Below, piece by piece: positions 30,248 through 40,450 of a stretch of 64,000 nt of DNA (position 1 is its first letter; each line of letters begins with the position of its first letter). Source of the DNA: Stramenopiles sp. TOSAG23-3 (Eukaryota); assembly GCA_900128585.1 (NCBI GenBank), contig LT642152.1, positions 1 to 64,000 of the forward strand. Reading direction: 5' to 3'. The translations under genes and the position numbers were made by a program. The notes beneath the pieces are model-generated. The model was given only the letters and a program-made list of their open reading frames with translations, was not told the origin of the DNA and did no database searches.

Positions 30248-31441
30248 ATGTCACAACACATGGACCTGCAGCTCTCAGAAAGTACTAGGACGAACCTGGC
30301 CTACACTGCTGTCGCAGCCGTCGGTGTAGGAGCGTTGCTCTTCGGCACAAAAACGGGGGAATCCTTACTGGTTAAAACGTGCTTGTACTTCCATGACCGT
30401 ATGCTGCTACCTGACTTTATTAATCGGTGGGGTTGCCGCAAGCTGATCGGGGGAAGGGAAGAGGAGCACGTTGGTGCCGACGGTCTGCTGGCCACCAAGA
30501 AAGCCTTTGTGGACGATTTGAAGAAACGGCCAATTGCAGAGCAAACGGCTGTGGCCAACGAACAGCACTACGAAGTCGACACAAGGTTTTTCAACCTCGT
30601 TTTAGGCAAGCGGCAAAAGTACAGCGCAGCGCTTTACCCGGAGAATACCACTGTTCGCCAGGCGGCGGAGTACTTGGACGAAGCGGAGATTCGAATGCTT
30701 GAAGTATACGCGTCCAGGGCCAAAATAACGAAGGACGACTCTTTCCGCATTATGGACGTGGGATGCGGATGGGGCTCCGTCACCTTGTGGTTCGCCGAAA
30801 CCTTTCCAAAATGTACCGTTGTGGGCTTCAGCAACTCAAACACGCAACGGGAGTACATAATGGACGAAGCCAAGAAACGGGGCTTGCTGAACGTGAATAT
30901 TTTGACTGGAGATATATCGACGGTGGATTTCGCGAACAACTCTTCTTTGGTTGGATCTTTTGACCGACTTATCAGCATAGAGATGTTTGAGCACATGAAA
31001 AATTACGGACGCTTGCTGAAGAAGCTCTCCGTCCTTTTGAAACCGGAAGGGTACCTTTTCGTGCACATATTTGTCTCGCAACTGCTACCTACCCACTACG
31101 TCGTCAAGGACGAATCAGACTGGATGACAAAGTATTTTTTCGAGGGCGGTACTTTGCCCTCCGATGATCTTCTTCTGTACTTCCAGGATGATTTCAGTCT
31201 CCAAGACAAGTGGGCCGTGAACGGGCGGCATTATTCGCTGACGTTGGAAGCATGGCTGCAAAATATGGATGCGAACTCAAGCGCGGTGAAAACGCTATTC
31301 GAGGAATACTATGGCAAAGGATCAAACGCCTACGCGTGGATGGCTCGTTGGAGGACATTTTTCATTGCTTGCTCAGAATTCTTCAATTTTGAGGGTGGGG
31401 AGAAGTATTACGTCAGTCACTACCTGTTTAAGCGGCGATGA
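30248..31441 (+). CDS. SAM-dependent methyltransferase, CMAS/coclaurine N-methyltransferase-like
   Basis: ANEQHYEV, LGKRQKYS, IMDVGCGWGS, SNSNTQREYI, ISIEMFEHMKNY, WMTKYFFEGG, VNGRHYSLTLEAW. Confidence 0.92.
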   Translation: MSQHMDLQLSESTRTNLAYTAVAAVGVGALLFGTKTGESLLVKTCLYFHDRMLLPDFINRWGCRKLIGGREEEHVGADGLLATKKAFVDDLKKRPIAEQTAVANEQHYEVDTRFFNLVLGKRQKYSAALYPENTTVRQAAEYLDEAEIRMLEVYASRAKITKDDSFRIMDVGCGWGSVTLWFAETFPKCTVVGFSNSNTQREYIMDEAKKRGLLNVNILTGDISTVDFANNSSLVGSFDRLISIEMFEHMKNYGRLLKKLSVLLKPEGYLFVHIFVSQLLPTHYVVKDESDWMTKYFFEGGTLPSDDLLLYFQDDFSLQDKWAVNGRHYSLTLEAWLQNMDANSSAVKTLFEEYYGKGSNAYAWMARWRTFFIACSEFFNFEGGEKYYVSHYLFKRR

Positions 31442-31625
31442 AAGAAAGATTTTTGCAAAAGAGAGTGGTACACGCGACTGTTTTGTTTTTACTCGTACGC
31501 GCACGGATAGAAGATAGAATTTAACAATTACACCATTTTTTCTCACAAATGGTTATTGTACTTCGTAATTAATTTAAGTTTTTCTTAATTTTATCCCCAA
31601 CCTCCCCGTTTAGATGCCGGAGACG

Positions 31626-34600
31626 TCAACACTCCCGGCGCCGCAGCGCTTTCACCAACTGCCTCCGAACATCGGGTCCTATTTGGCCACCCTTCAAAAG
31701 TGAGCTGTAATCAAAGTTGGGGGTTCCAAAGAGGGCCACGGCATCGGCACATTGCCGGCTGACACTTCGGAGCAATTCGTTGGAATTGTACACAAAGTCA
31801 AGGATCATGCCCGCGATTGCATTCTGAACAAGAGTGCTCGTACTTCCATACACACTTGGATTCAACAGTTCGTGGAAACTGCCGCCCACCACCTGCAGCA
31901 ACAGGTTCGAAGACTGCTGCGCCCCCAAATTACTTGCAAACCGCTCCACAAAATAAAGCACAAATTTGTGTAGCATTTTTGTCAGGCGTTTGGCATCCCT
32001 TTGCGAGGCACGACGCCCTTGCTGTTCGGCCGACTGCACGGTGGCAACCACCAGGGTTACCGATACGTTTGCGGACGAGATTATTGCCATCCCGGCTTCG
32101 GCCACAGGAATAGAGTTCATGTAAAAATTCCAAGGGGCACGATCGGCCGGTTCATCAGGCTCCTCTATAGTGCTAAATACGATAGACGGCCAAAGCATTA
32201 GTTTGGCCTCTTTCCACGTTTCCATGACCTGGTTGGGGTTCCAAGAAGACAAGTGCTTGCTTAGTCGAATCATCGACTGGCCTAAGCGTTCGTACAGGCC
32301 CATGACTAGCTTGTTTTCAGGAGCACCGTGTTCTCGGTGCAACTGGCCAGACAAAATGTGCAACAAACTCAACCAGCCTTCTACTATATTGTTACTTTCA
32401 AAGCTGTCGAACACCAGCGGGAGTGATTGGAGAGATAAAAACATACCACCAGACGCATTTATGGAGCACACGCTGATGGAGATACCCAGCCGTTCGACTT
32501 TGTTCCTGAACTGCTCGCCCGCAATATTGTAGAATGTACCGGAAGATAGGCCTTGGAGAGCGGTATGGGTCGTATTAACTATCTGGTCGAGAGCCGAGGC
32601 GTACGCTTGCGTGCGCTCCGGTTTTCTTAAACCATCGTTCTCTATCTCATCGGGGGAAAACGGCAGCGACGACATGACACAGTACACTATTTCCAGTTGG
32701 TTGATCAGCTGGGACTTCAGCAAGGGGCTGGCCGGATCCTGCGTTCCAAGAGACAACAATGTCTCAAATGGGTCTTGCAGAAGCCTTGTCAGCGAGTCCA
32801 GCATTAACGTCTCCGACGGGCACCATTTGACGATGGACGCAAAGGCAGAGATGCAGGGTTTGTACAGTTCAAGGTTGTCGCGCATCAAATGATTTTTCGA
32901 GAGAAAAGTATTCATTTCATGCTGCAACACATTGTTTGGGCTATTGAATTGAATAAGCAACTTCACCACAGTTTGCCCCTCCCCCACAAGCCGCTGAAGA
33001 GCCTTGACGGACGCAAAGTTAGAGACGGGGTCCCACAGGCCTCGCATCACCAGGGATACCAACGATTTCACAGTGGTGTGGCGCAGGTGGGGAACGATGG
33101 ACGCCGCGGTTCGTTCTGTGAGCTGTGCAATGGACATGAGCAGACGGGGGTTTATTGGCTCCTCGGCGCGCTCTAATTTTGCAAGCGACGATATGATAGC
33201 GTACAGCTGTGGCCACCCTTCTCCAATGATAGCAGACTCGTCAGTGTCGTCCAGCAGGTTCGGTGGACTTTTCTCCTCGAACTCGTCTTCGTCCTGGACG
33301 TTTATGGCATCGTCCAGTTCGTAGAGCAACCAAATTGCCGATTCAGCATGCTCCCATGAGGACGATACCTGTAAAATCTGCAACATTATGTTAAGAACGA
33401 TGTTATAGTCCATGCCGGGCCAAGTAAACGCCAACATGAGGGTTGCAAGCCGCGCGTGAGCCCTGAACTCTTCAAAATGCTCGACCTCATCTTCCTCGGC
33501 ATCGTTGTATGACGACAACCTTTCCTTATGGCTCAGCATGCATGCTGCATGAAGAGACTGCAGAAACTGTTCGGGTCGGAACTGCCTGGACTGCACGACT
33601 ACAGGCTTATCGCCAAATTCTTCCCAAAATGACAGCGCGAGGTTGCACAGTTTGTAGTTCAGTGTCGTGGTCGTAGTGCTTGCTCGACCATCCGTTCCAT
33701 CCACGAAGGATCCCGTCAGACAACGGTAGAAAAAATGCACCATCCTCGCACTCACCTGCTGCTCTAACCCCTGAAGGTCATCCAGCGAAGCCTTTCTGGC
33801 CCAACCCGAAGAGCCCATGATGGAGAAGAAAGCACTCGCAAGAAAGCACTGGATCTTGTGGTTTTCGTTGCGCTTAGAAATACTTCCCTGCACCAGTGAA
33901 TGGTGCAATTCAGACACTGATTTCAAAATGTGCTGGGCGACACTTTGGTCTGGCGATTGATAGAATTTGTAGATTATGGTCTCCATCAATTCGTACGTTC
34001 CAGGAGAAAAACTTGCGCTTAGCAAAGGCGTCGAAGCCAGGTCCATGGGGTTTATTTTCCCATTCAACACCCACGTGTTGAGGCACTCAAAAATTTGGGT
34101 TTTTTCGACCCAGTTTTGTAAAAAACATTGCGACAAAAGCTGCACCACTTGCTTCGATTTTGACCCCATGTAGTTAAGCCAAGGGACATGGTTGGTTGAA
34201 GTAGCTGGACAGTTCAGCGTATCATCGAATGCTACCCCGAGCCAAATAACGAACGTCTGGGCCACGTTGATTGCGTTTGCATTGCTGCCACTGGCTCCAT
34301 CAAGGGCAACCGCTTCTTCTAGCAGCGCCCAAAGAGTTTCGAAGGAAAGGCCAACGCTTCTGTCTGAAATGTATATGCTCGTGCACAGCGAGACGTGCGC
34401 TAAACACGCTCGCCGCCGAACACTAAATACCTTGCACTTGAACAAAAATTGGAGAATTGAAGAGCAGAGGTCTTTTTTGTCTTCGATGCCCAACTCTTCG
34501 ATATGCTGCCTGCATTTCATGTGCAGTGTCGTAGCACCAAAGTAAGCAGCGTGAAGGTTGCTCGAGTACTGGTCCTGAAGTAGCAAGTTCCGGCAGGCTT

Positions 34601-34745
34601 GCCAAGCAAGCTGCGAAGCTTGGAACTCTGTCAAGTATTTGTCGGCGCGAGAGCGGTCGTCAGCCGATGATACCGGAGAATACAAAACCCCCAAACATTC
34701 GACAACCGTCCCTTCAACGCTCACATGTCCACGATTGGGATCCAT
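31626..34745 (-). CDS. Importin-beta family protein (importin-13/transportin-3-like, divergent)
   Basis: N-terminus LYSP...ADKYLTEFQASQLAWQAC..LL...YFGATTLHMK; HEAT-like helices; SSSWEHAESAIW. Confidence 0.75.
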   Translation of the reverse strand: MDPNRGHVSVEGTVVECLGVLYSPVSSADDRSRADKYLTEFQASQLAWQACRNLLLQDQYSSNLHAAYFGATTLHMKCRQHIEELGIEDKKDLCSSILQFLFKCKVFSVRRRACLAHVSLCTSIYISDRSVGLSFETLWALLEEAVALDGASGSNANAINVAQTFVIWLGVAFDDTLNCPATSTNHVPWLNYMGSKSKQVVQLLSQCFLQNWVEKTQIFECLNTWVLNGKINPMDLASTPLLSASFSPGTYELMETIIYKFYQSPDQSVAQHILKSVSELHHSLVQGSISKRNENHKIQCFLASAFFSIMGSSGWARKASLDDLQGLEQQVSARMVHFFYRCLTGSFVDGTDGRASTTTTTLNYKLCNLALSFWEEFGDKPVVVQSRQFRPEQFLQSLHAACMLSHKERLSSYNDAEEDEVEHFEEFRAHARLATLMLAFTWPGMDYNIVLNIMLQILQVSSSWEHAESAIWLLYELDDAINVQDEDEFEEKSPPNLLDDTDESAIIGEGWPQLYAIISSLAKLERAEEPINPRLLMSIAQLTERTAASIVPHLRHTTVKSLVSLVMRGLWDPVSNFASVKALQRLVGEGQTVVKLLIQFNSPNNVLQHEMNTFLSKNHLMRDNLELYKPCISAFASIVKWCPSETLMLDSLTRLLQDPFETLLSLGTQDPASPLLKSQLINQLEIVYCVMSSLPFSPDEIENDGLRKPERTQAYASALDQIVNTTHTALQGLSSGTFYNIAGEQFRNKVERLGISISVCSINASGGMFLSLQSLPLVFDSFESNNIVEGWLSLLHILSGQLHREHGAPENKLVMGLYERLGQSMIRLSKHLSSWNPNQVMETWKEAKLMLWPSIVFSTIEEPDEPADRAPWNFYMNSIPVAEAGMAIISSANVSVTLVVATVQSAEQQGRRASQRDAKRLTKMLHKFVLYFVERFASNLGAQQSSNLLLQVVGGSFHELLNPSVYGSTSTLVQNAIAGMILDFVYNSNELLRSVSRQCADAVALFGTPNFDYSSLLKGGQIGPDVRRQLVKALRRREC

Positions 34746-35600
34746 CGAAGGATTTTTTTTTATACGACGACTATTATCTGTGCAGCGCAACCTACTTACT
34801 GTAACCCACCATTCCAACAAAGTCTACGATACCAAAACGAACAAACAATACGTTCAATACGAACACTGCCACGTACTATATACACAAAAAACTAGAAACA
34901 CGTTTCCTTGGTTCGTACACCACACAAAAAACGTGTATGCCTGCAATTCTTTCTCTTTCTTTTTCTTTCAACACTAGATTTAGCCTATAAAACGAATCCA
35001 ATGTTTAAATTTGTTTATGTCCCTTTCTCTCAATCATATCAATTATTCGTCGTATTGCTTTATAAATCATTCCATTTCTACATACATGATTGTTTTTTAT
35101 TTTTTTTACTACAAACGAACGTATAATAATATATTTTTTTTTTGTGGTGGTGTGGTGGCACAACCAACAAAAAAGAACCAAAAAAAAAATAATAAAAAAA
35201 TAATAAATAAACAAAGAAGAAGAAGAAGAAGAAGAATGTATTAATAATTTAAATTATAGTCGTCTAGTACCTCTCTCTATATATTAAATACCTCTTCTAT
35301 AGCAGCAGCAGCAAGAAAAAAAGGAAGAAGAAGGGAAAATTATTTTTATTATTATTTCATCATATTTTTTTAATTTTTTTTTATTCCTCCTTCTTCTTCT
35401 TTCTTCTTTCTTCTTAAACTAATTTTAGTAGTATATAGTGTCTATTTATATTATTATAGCTTTATTTTATATTAGACTACCGAATCTCTCCTATTGTTTT
35501 TTTAATTTTATTATTCACAGTGCTGTAGTTATGTATCTTTCGAATTCAAACGAAGAACTATGATGAACGAAGTTGAAATTTTTTAATATCATTTTTTTTG

Positions 35601-35627
35601 CTTCTTCTTCTTCTTCTTCTTCTTCTT

Positions 35628-35657
<30 letters not shown>
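35601..35657. repeat. (CTT)n microsatellite
   Basis: Perfect trinucleotide run. Confidence 0.95.
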
Positions 35658-35658
<1 letters not shown>

Positions 35659-35925
35659 TTATTATTATTACTACTTTTTTATTATTTTTTGGTCGGTAAC
35701 TGACGACTAAAGAAATAGCATCGTATAGTACACTAACAAAATACCACTTACTTGATTGTTTTAGTCAAATTAAATAAAATTTATTAACTATTTATAAATG
35801 CATGACAAAATATAGTCTTTAACGATTCATGAAATAATTTAGAGCATCTTAAAAGTTTGGCAAACTTTGAACATAATCTATAAACATAGAAGATTATCTT
35901 CAAGAGTATAATTTGTATCGAAAGC

Positions 35926-36702
35926 ATGAGTTCTGCTGCAAAAGAGAACAGTGACCAAAAGGGCAACGCCCTGTCGGACGATGAGGACGAGGCCGTCTTT
36001 GACCGTGCAGCAATAAAACGAAGGGCGTTTGCAGAGCCACCAGCGCCGCACACTCCGGGCGAAAAGGGGGAGAAAAAAATATCATATGCTGTTGACGGCA
36101 TTGATGCCAAGAAGGTCGATGGGTCTTATCAGTTTAATTTTCAGGTTGAAAATTTTGAGTTCAAAGAGTCGAGAGAGTCTATTACCGTGCCCCAGTTCGC
36201 TATTTTGAAAGTAATTGTTCCCACGGACCATAGGTTTTTCGAGTGCGCTTTCAAGTTTGAGGATAAGGAGGGGACAGTATCCCCAACCTTGACGCCAGGG
36301 GATAGCTGGTATTACATATGCGATACTGCAGGCGAGTTTGAATTCGAAGACCCGGACTTCGATGAGCTCGGCTGCCTTGTAACGGTGGAGCCAATTAGGG
36401 ACGACGACAAAGCCATGCAGAAGTGCGCCGAAAAGGCCCGAAAACGGTTTTCGAAATGGAGCGAAAACGAACGGAAAAAGAAAGAAAAGAAGGACAAAGC
36501 CGACCAAGTCGCAGAGATGAAACAGAAAAAGAAAGACATGCAATACGATGAAAAGTATGAGAAAGCGGCTGCGAAGGAACGGAACAAAAGCGACAACAAT
36601 TTCGATTTTGAATTTTCAGAGGAAGATGCTATGCGTGAACAGATGGTGCAGGAGTCAATAGAAATGTACAGAAAAATGAAAGAAACGAAGTTGCAGGGCT
36701 AG
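35926..36702 (+). CDS. Hypothetical protein with a cupredoxin-like segment and a charged coiled-coil tail
   Basis: SPTLTPGDSWYYICDTAGEFEFEDPDFDELGCLVTVE resembles the cupredoxin C-terminal strands. Confidence 0.7.
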   Translation: MSSAAKENSDQKGNALSDDEDEAVFDRAAIKRRAFAEPPAPHTPGEKGEKKISYAVDGIDAKKVDGSYQFNFQVENFEFKESRESITVPQFAILKVIVPTDHRFFECAFKFEDKEGTVSPTLTPGDSWYYICDTAGEFEFEDPDFDELGCLVTVEPIRDDDKAMQKCAEKARKRFSKWSENERKKKEKKDKADQVAEMKQKKKDMQYDEKYEKAAAKERNKSDNNFDFEFSEEDAMREQMVQESIEMYRKMKETKLQG

Positions 36703-36830
36703 CTACTAATCTGCATAACCACTGGAATAAGAGCGTACAAAAATTATTTTACAGGTAAGACTTACACAAAAATTCATACGTAAAGATTTCTTAAGTACCA
36801 GTCGCCCGGACAAGCTTCGAGGCACGCGCC

Positions 36831-39446
36831 TTAAAAGGCCGTCGTCATGACACCCCTTGCTTTTGCTAATCGACGGGCCAGTTTGTGCAGGGGCAGGCCA
36901 TGATCGCTGCATAATTCCTCCGGAACTTCGCCGCCCGAATCATTGAAACTGGCTAACGTGGCTAATTCTTCGTCGGTTTTGCCTAAAAGATCGTGGAAGG
37001 GTTCGATCAGGAAGCCTATCTCCATCCCCAGCGCTGACAGGACGTTCATGATGTAGTCTATGTCTTGGGCAAGCTGTTTCGCCCCCTTTGCGGATATGTA
37101 ATCGATCCTCAAAATGTTGTTCGCGAGCATCGAGATTGCCCCTAGCGCTATGGTGGTGCTCCACGCGTCCACGTATGGGCTTTCTTCGTCGCCATCTTCC
37201 TTTGCCCCAGTAGACTTAACCGAACTTTCTAAAAACTGGAAAGAGAAATTCGTATTTCTCCAGCCCAATTCTGTGAGCAGGACGTCCCAATCTTCCTTTG
37301 CCAGCTCAACAATGTCCTTCGGTAGAACAATTCCCGATTCGGACGGTGTAAGCTCTGAATATTGTCCTAGCCGCTGGACCAACGACAGCATCCCCTCCCC
37401 TACAACGGTTGCGTACTCTTGGGGTCCGTTTGCAAGAGAAAAGTCATATCCATCGCCCCCGTCCTCATCGCCCCCATCATCATCATCGACTGCGGCCCAC
37501 TCTGGCATGCTCGGTATACCCTCAAGGTGCGCTCTTATAGATTCCAGTGAGAGCGTGTATAGAAGCTTCAACGAGTTTGTAACGTGGTCTTTGAGGGTTG
37601 CGACGGACCCTTCAAACGGTGAGATCCCATCCTCGCTCACCCGCACCAAATATTCAGAAAGCCGCTTTCTCAAATGGTTGCTTTTGCGCAGCCGGTACTG
37701 TGCTAGGACGGCAGAAATTTCTTCGACCTGTTTTTCATCCTGCTTTAAGTAGCGACCCCCGGAACGCATCGAAGTCTTCTCCTCCCCCGCTATGCTCGGT
37801 TTCCTGCCCAAAATACGCCTGTGATTTTCGCCTTGAAAGGTTCCGAGCACTTTCTTAATCGATTCTACAAGGGCCGAGCCCAGCTCATCTTGCGACAGAA
37901 TCCATCGTGAATAAATGAAACATGAGAATTCAAAAAGTCGAACAGAGAGGTCCAGCAAATTAAAGAACTGCGCGCTGTCTGATCCATGCACCTCGTCTTC
38001 ATCCTCGCCAGACCCAGAACTACCGTTCTTACCAAAGCAGTTAAGAACCAGATCGTGAATTTTCGCCCGCACCGTGCTGACCAGAGAGAAAAATTTCAAA
38101 ATTGCAGCGTCCACTGCGTTGCTCAGCTCAACACTCGCGGTTCCCCCCGTCAGACGCACGCACTGCTCCAGGAACGTTCGCGTCTGACCCACGAGAGAGG
38201 GCATGACTAACTTGACTTCGCGAAGGTATTGGGAGATTTCCCACTCTGTCGACAGCGACGAAAACTCGTCTTTTGAATTTGAAATGGTGCCGAAACGGTT
38301 CAAAAGTTCAGCGATCGCAGAATCTTCGTAACGCTCAAACTTCTCTTCAATTGGTTCAACTATTGTAAGAAGGGCTAGCTCCATTTCTGTATCCATTGCG
38401 GCAAGGGAGGTCAAACGCAAATTCCCTGATTTTTTCGCTTTCTCAGAAATGCTTGCCAGCAGCAGCTCTAGCGCACTAAGAAACGACATGGTTAAAGATA
38501 CAACCGAGAGAAAGAGGTCATCACTATAGTTTTTTTCGAGGCGGGAACGAAACGTTCCTGCCAGTGGCTCGAACAGGCCAACAATTACCCGGGCGAAGAC
38601 GGGCAGGACATGCTTTGGGAACAGCGTGCTACTGCGTCGTGCTTCCGTGTGCAAAGCTTTCAGGGTCGACTCGTAGAACTTTTGCAGCCAGTGGTTGAAC
38701 CCAGCGTGCTTGTCGTAAATATCCCATTGAACGCGTAAGGTGGACGCGCAGTTCTTGGCATACATTTCAACAAGCTCCATTTCGGCTCCCAGCAGCTCGT
38801 GCACTTTGACGAAATACTTGAATCGCTCGGTGGAGTCGTCGTTCAGTGCACCTTTCACGCTTGGGACAAGCGCTTCCTGCAGACGGTTTTGGAGCGATGA
38901 CATGGCATTTTGCCGCTCCTCTGCCCTTGGCAAGTCTGCAAGCATACCGATGCTATCTTTTAATATTACATACTTCTCCGCCGCAGTCTTCAATTCTTGC
39001 TCTTCTATCGCGGCCTCCAAAGCTCGGACATTTTTGTTCCAACTTGCACTTTTGCTTATCTTACTTTTGCAATTTTCCATGTTTTGCTTAACTATGTCCA
39101 AGCGAAGCAAGTGATCCACCACTACGGAGTCGTTGGAGTCGAAGCTGGATATTTCGGAGACGACGTCTTTCATTTGGTCCTTCAAGGTCTTGGACTCCCT
39201 CTCGATCCGCAGCATTTCTCTTTCCAGTCCTGGAGTTGCCAAAAGAACTTGCCCCATAAACTCTTCCAGCTGCACGTTCGTGTCTTCCATGCCGTACTGA
39301 AGCCGTAGAATCAAGGCTTTGATGGCCTTATTATAATCCGATGTGGTAGGTTCAGCGTCGCCAGAGGAAGAGTCTATACCCCCCAGCACATTGTTCAAAT
39401 ACTCCGTCAAGTCAAAATCTTCCTCCTCAAACGTGTACCCTTCCAT
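36831..39446 (-). CDS. COG7: Conserved oligomeric Golgi complex subunit 7
   Basis: FDLTEYLN, LRLQ, PGLEREM, LDIVKQNMENC, FS...PQEYATVVGE.MLSLVQ.L and GAKQLAQDIDYIMNVLSALG; ATG 39446. Confidence 0.88.
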   Translation of the reverse strand: MEGYTFEEEDFDLTEYLNNVLGGIDSSSGDAEPTTSDYNKAIKALILRLQYGMEDTNVQLEEFMGQVLLATPGLEREMLRIERESKTLKDQMKDVVSEISSFDSNDSVVVDHLLRLDIVKQNMENCKSKISKSASWNKNVRALEAAIEEQELKTAAEKYVILKDSIGMLADLPRAEERQNAMSSLQNRLQEALVPSVKGALNDDSTERFKYFVKVHELLGAEMELVEMYAKNCASTLRVQWDIYDKHAGFNHWLQKFYESTLKALHTEARRSSTLFPKHVLPVFARVIVGLFEPLAGTFRSRLEKNYSDDLFLSVVSLTMSFLSALELLLASISEKAKKSGNLRLTSLAAMDTEMELALLTIVEPIEEKFERYEDSAIAELLNRFGTISNSKDEFSSLSTEWEISQYLREVKLVMPSLVGQTRTFLEQCVRLTGGTASVELSNAVDAAILKFFSLVSTVRAKIHDLVLNCFGKNGSSGSGEDEDEVHGSDSAQFFNLLDLSVRLFEFSCFIYSRWILSQDELGSALVESIKKVLGTFQGENHRRILGRKPSIAGEEKTSMRSGGRYLKQDEKQVEEISAVLAQYRLRKSNHLRKRLSEYLVRVSEDGISPFEGSVATLKDHVTNSLKLLYTLSLESIRAHLEGIPSMPEWAAVDDDDGGDEDGGDGYDFSLANGPQEYATVVGEGMLSLVQRLGQYSELTPSESGIVLPKDIVELAKEDWDVLLTELGWRNTNFSFQFLESSVKSTGAKEDGDEESPYVDAWSTTIALGAISMLANNILRIDYISAKGAKQLAQDIDYIMNVLSALGMEIGFLIEPFHDLLGKTDEELATLASFNDSGGEVPEELCSDHGLPLHKLARRLAKARGVMTTAF

Positions 39447-40077
39447 GACGGGCCCCGTTCGCACTCGCCTAAGAAATAGAAACGTATCCAACACGAAACC
39501 GGTGCCGTGCAATTTTATGCATGTAATAAATCACTCTTTGTAGCACACATAAAAACACATAATCATACCGAATTTCTCTCTGTTCCCTTCACCAACGGAA
39601 GAATATACACGTAGACATCACTCTATATGAAATAAAATAATGGCATTGCCCAAATTATACAAATTTGCTTTTTGATCGACGATCATATTGTGCCTCATCA
39701 CAGCTCACAGCTTACTGGTACAACAAACAGCAAAACAACACGGATGGGACGGACGGGTGACACAGAGGAGGGAGAAAGTGGATAGATATATTTCCTTATT
39801 ATACCATTCTTTGTACTTGATATATACCCTATTAAGTTAGATATAGAATTTCAGCCGCCGCCGCCGCCAGTTGGTTCGATGATTTTTTTACTATTTTTTT
39901 CTTTTTATCTCTTCTTGAATGTTTAAGGTAGTGTAGCGCATTACATAAATAAGGAAAATAATACACATACAAAAATACAGAGAAACGATATTTCGGTGGT
40001 AGAATATTGTTCACCCATGAATCGACCCAAACGAGGCGTGAAGAAGATGAAGGAACGAGACAGAAAAAATAGGGGGG

Positions 40078-40128
40078 GATGCGATGCGATGCGATGCGAT
40101 GCGATGCGATGGGATGCGATGGGATGGG
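40078..40128. repeat. (GATGC/GATGG)n pentanucleotide repeat
   Basis: About 10 units in a divergent intergenic region. Confidence 0.9.
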
Positions 40129-40450
40129 GAGAGGAGAGGCTGGTTAAAAATTTTATTAATAATATTATTACATTATTGGAATTATAGTCTGTTCTGGGAA
40201 AAGAGAGGTATTATTATTGTTATTGTTCGTATTACAATGGGGGTACATAATAATATTAATTAATACCTCCTGTTGTGAGCTGAAGAATAAATAGTACAAA
40301 CTAATAATTGTTGTTTTTTCATTACACAATTAGATATTGGTTACCGACGATGATGCAACACATTATGTCTGACTGAAAAGAGAGTTAGGATTTCAAACAG
40401 GTCGCATTTACGGGTCTCTGGTTAGTGATAATACAGCATTTGGCATAAAC

